From Trichomonas gallinae (lineage: Eukaryota), in the NCBI GenBank assembly GCA_008369845.1, contig MRSU01010729.1, positions 56,478 to 76,477 on the forward strand: a stretch of 20,000 nt of DNA. The letters are read 5' to 3'. The position numbers and the translations under genes are program-made. The notes beneath the pieces were generated by a model that was given only the letters and a program-made list of their open reading frames with translations, made no database searches and had not been told where the DNA came from. Positions 13,909 to 20,000 of this stretch are shown in pieces; positions within the stretch are counted from its first letter, which is position 1; every line of letters starts with the position of its first letter.

Positions 13909-16900
13909 TCATGTTTCAATCAGTGAAGCAAGAATTGATCTCAAGAACATTCGAGATTTTTCTGATGATTGGACAGATGGAAGTTCCCAGAGTCCTAACT
14001 CACGATTAGAAAGAAGCTCAAACAACAAAACCTGGAGTCCCCATGGTCTTGGCTCGTATGGAGCTCTCCTCATTGCGACAGATGCAATGATTTCCTTCAC
14101 TAAATAACCATCTTGTGTAATTGCACTGATGCTGAAAATCTCAACAAGAAGCTTTGCGAAAAAGTGAGTGTTTCTGCTTGGATATCTTAATAAATCTATC
14201 AAACAATCGATTATAATTTGAGATATACTTGACTTGTTTGCAACAATCAAAAACATAATCAAATTGAATATTGGCAATTGCTTAAATGGAATTCTTGGTG
14301 CTGATACTTGCCTCGGAGAGAAAGTCATCTCGAAGCATGCATCAATAATTTTCGGTATTGATCTATTGTTTTCTATAATATAATCTCTTATCATTGCAGC
14401 ATCATTTGCATCGATCTCATATATCTGTTCTTCGCTAGTTCTCTCGATTATTCTTTCTATGGCAGCAGAAATATTTTTATCAATGAATAAAACTGCTGGA
14501 TTCACTGGATAACAGATTTGGTGGACATCAGGAAGTTTGTCTATTCTGAAATCAGAAGCTGCTGGTGGAATAAAAATGACTCCACTTGGTGCAGCTGATA
14601 AAATTAGATTTCTCAGTTCATAGAATTGAGTTGGAATAATATGACATAAAACTGATGCAGCACCAACAATAAAATCAGGAAAATCATGCAGTAAAACTAA
14701 AACAAAGCGAAGCAATGCTTTGTATAAAACTTGGAATATTGGAGGTTGATATGAACTTTGTGCTAAAATTACTGCACAACACATGTCAGATAACAATAGC
14801 TGTAAAAGTGGCCATGAATAATGAGCAACAGCCAAAGAAACAACGAAATAAGGATTGGAAACTAAATCAAACCAAATATAAGTGAAAGAAGGAACCAATA
14901 AAGGTCTCAAATCATGCAAAGTTGAAACAGCTGCTGCAAGTGTTGACGATTCTTTTGATGATATCTTTAAAACTTCGGAGAAAATGTGTTTGAATGATAA
15001 GCTTAAAGAATACTTTGTAGATCTCGCTAATGAAGATAAAGCAGAAAGCAAAGGTTCTTGTATTGAAGAAAAATCATTGAAGTGAAGTGCGCATATCATA
15101 AATTTTTGGAATGAGATTTCTTTGCCTTTTGATATCGCGACAACGAAGAAATCTCTCGGCATCCTTAGACATGCTTTAACTGTCTTTTGTATCTGGCTTT
15201 CATTTTGAGAAGAAAGTGAATTTTCCCATTTTGTAAATAATGAACTAAAATCATTATTATTTGCAATTTCTTTGACGGGATCGACTTCTTTAATTTGTGT
15301 TGCATTTGGTGATTCTCTAGATGACATTAGTGTTATTCCATTTAACAAATTTTTGATATTCTTTTGATTAACAGAAAATTCTTCACTTTTTGGATAAGAA
15401 GCAATCAAGAAAATGGAATGAACCAGCATCAGTGGATCAAATTCATTTGTTTCGCATATATAGAGATTAACGAAGTTTGCAATCATAGCAGCAAACTGTG
15501 GATCTTGGTTCGGCCTGTTTAAAACTTCAGTAAAAATCTCGTCAAGGTCATTAATATGAAAAATATTATATCTTATCATCATCGCTAAAGCTTCTGGCGG
15601 CAAAATTACGTTTTTCAGAAAAAGCAAAGAAATTTTGCTAACATTGTTACTTGTATTTATTTTGTGTAGTATTCTAGAAAATGCGCAAACTAAGACTTCA
15701 TTCGATAGTTGAGAAAATGATGAAGCAAAGTAACCGAAAAATGTTCGAATTATTCTGATTAATCTTTCTTCAGGAATTTCTTCAATTATTGGATAATTCC
15801 ATAGTAAATTCATCAAAATTGAGTGCTGATCTATATCGAATAATGTTGATCTGTGCCTGGTCAACTCATATTGTGTTTCTGACAAAATTAAATTAATATA
15901 ATTATTAATTTCTTCGTCAATATCTATATCAGGCATTTCCTGTTTTTCTATATAAATATCATTACAAAGTCTAATATCAGCATCGAGTGAATAATCTATG
16001 AAACTATTCTTTTCTTCAATTTCATCCAGTTTGCAAACCTGCCGACAAGAATGGAAAGCTTTGTTATGCGAAATCTCCTTAATTAAACTCGTACACCACT
16101 CATTATTTGCTTCACATATAAATTGAGCCCATTGTGCATCATAGTCTTCTTCGAATATCTGCATTAACTGCTCCTGGAATGATCTCTTAAATGAGAAGAA
16201 AACATCTTGCGAGATTAATGAAGAAGAAAGTAATCCTGTCAAATAATAGGCTGAGCTTAATAATTTCGATCTTGATTTGACAGTATTCATGTCAATACTG
16301 ATTTGAGTAATTGCTGTGTTTGTGATTAAGTCGGCTATTTTTGATGCTTCGAGTTTAATTAAATTGAAAATTGCAAAAATTAATTTCGATTTTGCGGAAT
16401 CAATGTTTTCCTTCATCTTTGATGATTCTCTAATTTTAATATTACCTTCTATTAACGAAAAGCACAAATTTTCATCGAATGCGCATATTCTGTCGATTTG
16501 AGTTTGTGTGAATAATTTTTGCAGTGAAATTGGTTTTCTAACAAAATCAAAATTATCATCAACTTTGTCAGGGAAAATATCTAAAAATTGTCCAACATCA
16601 TCCAAAGAAACACGAAAGTGCTGCAACAATGATTCGACGCGGAATTTTATCGATCCTTTAATCCCTGGTATTACAGCTATGGATGTCATTATCTGAATGA
16701 TTCCGCTCGTGAAAGGATTTGGGGGATAAAAGAAAAATGATGCCTGTTGCAAAACCGAGCAAACAAAGGGAACAACACCATATAACTTTCCTAGTGATAG
16801 CGAGTAATAAAGAATATCTTTGAGATTAACGATATCTGAAGTAAAACATTTTGTTTGTTTGAGTGTTAAATTTCCTAAGAATTTGCCAATGTTCGAGAGT

Positions 16901-19314
16901 TTTATATGAGCAGATATATTTTTGTCAAATTTTGGATCTCTTATTGTCGAATAAATATAAGCACCAATTGCATAACAAACAGACTTCACCAAATTTGTTT
17001 GAAGAAGAGAATTTGTCAATATTTCGATTTTTGAAGGTTGTTCGCTGATAAAATTAACAATTGAAAGTGCCAAAAAGTTAAGATGTTGATTATGTTTTTC
17101 GATTGCTGTTTGAATAGAATTGGAGTCAATTAATTGTTGTATGGACCTTGATATTTTAACTGAAGGAGTTTTAACATTCATGAACATTAGAACTTTTTCT
17201 GATATAGGAATGTCATCTAATGTTTCGATGAATTCTTGGAAAGCAAATGAATTTAATTTTTTCGAAACTTTTTGATATAATTCTTTGTTATTTTTGTAAA
17301 AATTATTGATCTGTAGTAATTTTGATGCAAAGAAGCAATGCGAATCCATGCATTTCATGAAACACTGAACAAATTTGCAAGCAAAAGAAAAATTCGTATT
17401 TTTCTCTAAACTATTTTCAATGAATTCAAAAATCGTTTGCAAAAAGTTTTGTGGGATTAATTTCATTCTCAAAAGGTCAATAATTAAATCTACTATAAGA
17501 TCATGCTCATCTGAGCTATGTTTGTCTAAATATTTCAGTTCATTTGTGACTAAAAACATAAAATATTCGAAAAATGTTTTGTCGTCTTTTTCTGATTTTT
17601 TCACTTTTTCTATGACTGACTGCAAATTTGCTTCGTTTCTCATATAAGGATTGAGAATGTCTTCTGCGGACTTTCGCATGGAGTCGCTAACTTTCTGTGT
17701 TTTATATGTGAAATCAAGTTTCGCTATGTTTGGATTTGTCTGGCAAATTTGGTTGTATTTCGTGACAATTTTGGTTCTCAATGGTTTGGAAAAGTTCGAA
17801 AAACTGTTCTGAAGATATTCAAACATAAGGATAATCGAATTTTCGTGGAATTGATTTTTTGAAATTTCAAATTGATCGAGAAAATCAATTAATCGTTCAT
17901 TTTCAACAATAATTTTCATATATAATGCTGGTGATATATGATAATTCCAAATAGCAATTGAAGCTAAGTGCATAGAATAGTTCATATCATTTTGAATTAG
18001 TAAAATTGGTATCTTATCTTTTGGTGTCTTATCAAGGATTAGTCTCACATTAGAAATTAAGCTATTTGAATACAAAAAAGAGAACTTTTTCATGATTTGT
18101 GGGCTAAATTCCCACATTTCTTCAATTATTGACATATCTTGATTTTGCTCGTAGAAATATGACAACAATACTGTGATATATGTAGGATCAATGAGATTAG
18201 TTTTCATTAACGAAAATAAAATTATTGCTGAATAATTTTTTCCACATTCATGGAATAGTTCTTTGACACTTTGGATGTTTTTTCGTGAGTATTCTATTAT
18301 TTTTGTGATAAAACTAGAAGATTTCCAACATAAATAATTATTTTCGAATTTGAAAATTGGATTTTCGCTTTTTGCAATATATTTAAGGAATGCAAACTGA
18401 GAGTCCATATTCTTCCATTGTTTAACCAAAAATGTTGTATCAAAAATGTATGAATTCAAATTTATCAGTAATAACGTGAGTGTATTAAATCCAGATGTAT
18501 TTAATCTAACAAGCTCCTGATCATCAAGTTGTTCGTAAATAGTTTGCATGTTTGTTTCTGATTTTAAATAATCGAATATTTCTCTAAAAACATTTTCGAT
18601 GTTATTTTGTGGAATAGATTGTGCATTTATGCAGAATTCTTTGTTATATGACAAAGCAATCAAATATTTTCCGAAATTAAAGTTATCATAAATATGACAT
18701 ATTTCAATAAGTGTTTGTAATTTAATTATAGAGTTATATCTGTATTCACTTACTATATCTAATAACGATACATCAATAGAATGATTCAAATCTAGATAAA
18801 TTGTTGGATTTTCATCCAAAATTTGTTGATTTTTGCTTCCAAATCCAAGTTCGTTTAGCTTCTCGTACCAAAAATCGGATAATTTTGGATATCTTATATT
18901 AATTGAGCGATTAATCTGTTTTGTTTTAAGAATTTCGATTGCTTGAGTTGAGAATTTTGAAAATGCTGCACAAATTAGGAGTATAGCAGCATTATCCATT
19001 GAAACGGATGAAAATAATCTCTTTAAAAATATGTCTTGTTCATTAAAAACTCGAATAGTGATATCATAAAAGAAATTCTGTTCATAAAATACAGAAATTG
19101 TATCATTAGCTATCGAAAATAAGAAAATTGTCTGCTGTTCCGTTGTTTTTTGGTCAATTATTTGAGTATAGATGTCTTTCATGATTGAATAATAGATAAC
19201 GCTGCCAAAATCAGCAGAATAGCGCGAAATAACAGTTAGTATGGATGAAGTTATCCCTTGATTCAGCTCGCAATGAAGTAAATTCGTTAATTGCTTACAA
19301 AGAATTTCATCCAT
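13909..19314 (-). CDS. NOT1: CCR4-NOT complex scaffold subunit Not1 family protein (1801 aa, divergent)
   Basis: CAF1-binding MIF4G motifs LSNIGKFLGNLTL, VVPFVCSVL and FYPPNPF (CNOT1: LKNLGHWLGMITL, VVPFVAKVL, FRPPNPW). C-terminal Not1 domain motifs LRPLLVPSFTYIWFDLVS, LYKALLRFVLVLLHDFPDF, LRNLILSA, LRYPSRNTHFF and PRPWGL (CNOT1: YKGTLRVLLVLLHDFPEF, LRNLILSA, LRYPNSHTHYF, PHPWGL). Confidence 0.93.
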   Translation of the reverse strand: MDEILCKQLTNLLHCELNQGITSSILTVISRYSADFGSVIYYSIMKDIYTQIIDQKTTEQQTIFLFSIANDTISVFYEQNFFYDITIRVFNEQDIFLKRLFSSVSMDNAAILLICAAFSKFSTQAIEILKTKQINRSINIRYPKLSDFWYEKLNELGFGSKNQQILDENPTIYLDLNHSIDVSLLDIVSEYRYNSIIKLQTLIEICHIYDNFNFGKYLIALSYNKEFCINAQSIPQNNIENVFREIFDYLKSETNMQTIYEQLDDQELVRLNTSGFNTLTLLLINLNSYIFDTTFLVKQWKNMDSQFAFLKYIAKSENPIFKFENNYLCWKSSSFITKIIEYSRKNIQSVKELFHECGKNYSAIILFSLMKTNLIDPTYITVLLSYFYEQNQDMSIIEEMWEFSPQIMKKFSFLYSNSLISNVRLILDKTPKDKIPILLIQNDMNYSMHLASIAIWNYHISPALYMKIIVENERLIDFLDQFEISKNQFHENSIILMFEYLQNSFSNFSKPLRTKIVTKYNQICQTNPNIAKLDFTYKTQKVSDSMRKSAEDILNPYMRNEANLQSVIEKVKKSEKDDKTFFEYFMFLVTNELKYLDKHSSDEHDLIVDLIIDLLRMKLIPQNFLQTIFEFIENSLEKNTNFSFACKFVQCFMKCMDSHCFFASKLLQINNFYKNNKELYQKVSKKLNSFAFQEFIETLDDIPISEKVLMFMNVKTPSVKISRSIQQLIDSNSIQTAIEKHNQHLNFLALSIVNFISEQPSKIEILTNSLLQTNLVKSVCYAIGAYIYSTIRDPKFDKNISAHIKLSNIGKFLGNLTLKQTKCFTSDIVNLKDILYYSLSLGKLYGVVPFVCSVLQQASFFFYPPNPFTSGIIQIMTSIAVIPGIKGSIKFRVESLLQHFRVSLDDVGQFLDIFPDKVDDNFDFVRKPISLQKLFTQTQIDRICAFDENLCFSLIEGNIKIRESSKMKENIDSAKSKLIFAIFNLIKLEASKIADLITNTAITQISIDMNTVKSRSKLLSSAYYLTGLLSSSLISQDVFFSFKRSFQEQLMQIFEEDYDAQWAQFICEANNEWCTSLIKEISHNKAFHSCRQVCKLDEIEEKNSFIDYSLDADIRLCNDIYIEKQEMPDIDIDEEINNYINLILSETQYELTRHRSTLFDIDQHSILMNLLWNYPIIEEIPEERLIRIIRTFFGYFASSFSQLSNEVLVCAFSRILHKINTSNNVSKISLLFLKNVILPPEALAMMIRYNIFHINDLDEIFTEVLNRPNQDPQFAAMIANFVNLYICETNEFDPLMLVHSIFLIASYPKSEEFSVNQKNIKNLLNGITLMSSRESPNATQIKEVDPVKEIANNNDFSSLFTKWENSLSSQNESQIQKTVKACLRMPRDFFVVAISKGKEISFQKFMICALHFNDFSSIQEPLLSALSSLARSTKYSLSLSFKHIFSEVLKISSKESSTLAAAVSTLHDLRPLLVPSFTYIWFDLVSNPYFVVSLAVAHYSWPLLQLLLSDMCCAVILAQSSYQPPIFQVLYKALLRFVLVLLHDFPDFIVGAASVLCHIIPTQFYELRNLILSAAPSGVIFIPPAASDFRIDKLPDVHQICYPVNPAVLFIDKNISAAIERIIERTSEEQIYEIDANDAAMIRDYIIENNRSIPKIIDACFEMTFSPRQVSAPRIPFKQLPIFNLIMFLIVANKSSISQIIIDCLIDLLRYPSRNTHFFAKLLVEIFSISAITQDGYLVKEIIASVAMRRAPYEPRPWGLQVLLFELLSNRELGLWELPSVQSSEKSRMFLRSILASLIET

Positions 19315-19317
19315 AAA

Positions 19318-19322
19318 AGTGA
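19318..19322 (-). promoter_or_regulatory. Initiator (Inr) element TCACT of the Not1 gene
   Basis: The minus strand reads TCACTTTT-ATG. This is the trichomonad Inr consensus immediately before the start codon, consistent with very short 5' UTRs. Confidence 0.6.
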
Positions 19323-19509
19323 AGTCATCAAAAATCCATCTTTAAATGAAGAAAATAACAAATAAATCATAAAAACAATTTTTGTAAGTTTTATTCGATT
19401 ATTCATATGATATTTCTTGAAATTCATTTGAACATAGGCTTTATCATTGACTAACATTGATTACTAATATATATGTGTATTATTTATGGGTTTATATTAA
19501 TCAGATATG

Positions 19510-19878
19510 TTAATTATTATGCTGATATATATATATATCTATTAGAAAATTCTCATAATGAGAAAATCGGCAAATGCAGGTCTTTTCTTTGCATTTTTGA
19601 CTCAGATTAAAACAATAGCCAGTTTCAGATTGTTCAGTTTTGCTGTTATCATAAAAACACATACTAAATAGATAGTTTGGTGGATTATTTGATAAATCTT
19701 GTTCGATACTTATACATCCATCGGTAATAGCATGAAAAATTCATTGATAAAGAAAGTAATTCGAGTTTAAAGAGGATAGAGTATTTTGAGGCGAGAAATC
19801 AACACCTAATTTATCATATGGATGCTGCTCTTGATAGAACTGGTTCCATATGCTCTCTGGTGCAGTATCCTTGTACAA
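19510..19878 (-). pseudogene. Probable pseudogene fragment, about 122 codons with one internal TGA
   Basis: One frame reads LYKDTAPESIWNQFYQEQHPYDKLGVDFSPQNTLSSLNSNYFLYQ*IFHAITDGCISIEQDLSNNPPNYLFSMCFYDNSKTEQSETGYCFNLSQKCKEKTCICRFSHYENFLIDIYIYQHNN*. It has 45 and 76 open codons around a TGA at 19741-19743. The in-frame ATG at 19917 is cut off by three stops. Confidence 0.4.
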
Positions 19879-19927
19879 TTAAAAATATTAATCCAATAAA
19901 AAGTCGAATTATAGCATTTATAAAAAT

Positions 19928-19933
19928 AAAAAA
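19928..19933 (-). terminator. RNA polymerase III terminator (T6) after the tRNA
   Basis: A run of six T on the minus strand starts 2 nt after the discriminator base, followed by a second T5 run. Confidence 0.7.
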
Positions 19934-19934
19934 T

Positions 19935-20000
19935 CTCCTCCCGTGTGGATCGAACACACGACTTCCAGATTAACAGTCTGACACTCTAACCAACTGAGTT
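19935..20000 (-). tRNA. tRNA-Asn(GTT): tRNA-Asn (anticodon GTT), intronless; first ~8 nt lie beyond the right edge
   Basis: Minus strand: D arm ACTC-AGTTGGTTA-GAGT; anticodon arm TCAGA-CT GTT AA-TCTGG (anticodon at 19974-19972); T arm GTGTG-TTCGATC-CACAC; acceptor 3' strand GGGAGGA plus discriminator G. No encoded CCA. Confidence 0.96.

Noticed and set aside
14882..17647. Five plus-strand ORFs of 61-90 aa
   Set aside because: Antisense shadows within Not1.
19524..19564. (AT)n microsatellite and the palindrome TTCTCAT-A-ATGAGAA
   Set aside because: Short and AT-rich, so expected by chance.
19741..19743. In-frame TGA as selenocysteine or a reassigned codon
   Set aside because: No SECIS-like stem is evident, upstream stops also break the frame, and both complete genes in the window end in TGA, so it acts as a stop.

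Overview
AT-rich, intron-free eukaryotic DNA. Gene style and Inr-type TCAY elements beside ATGs point to a parabasalid such as Trichomonas (inference). The left half is one giant minus-strand ORF that the supplied ORF track misses because it has no stop inside the window: ATG at 10266, open to base 1, at least 3422 aa. It encodes a talin-like protein with an unusual layout: an N-terminal ubiquitin-like domain, a Q/N-rich FG-containing disordered region, five tandem talin-type FERM heads (F0-F1-F2-F3, 388-412 aa period), an acidic linker, and a helical-bundle rod. A 1.1-kb divergent intergenic region follows, with a 29-bp imperfect hairpin, an 18-bp direct repeat and a recurring AAAGTCA motif. 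Further right are a 749-aa low-complexity/coiled-coil gene (+), a convergent 1801-aa Not1 (CCR4-NOT scaffold) homolog (-), a probable pseudogene remnant, and a tRNA-Asn(GTT) cut by the right edge. No prokaryotic features, CRISPR array or recognisable mobile element were seen.
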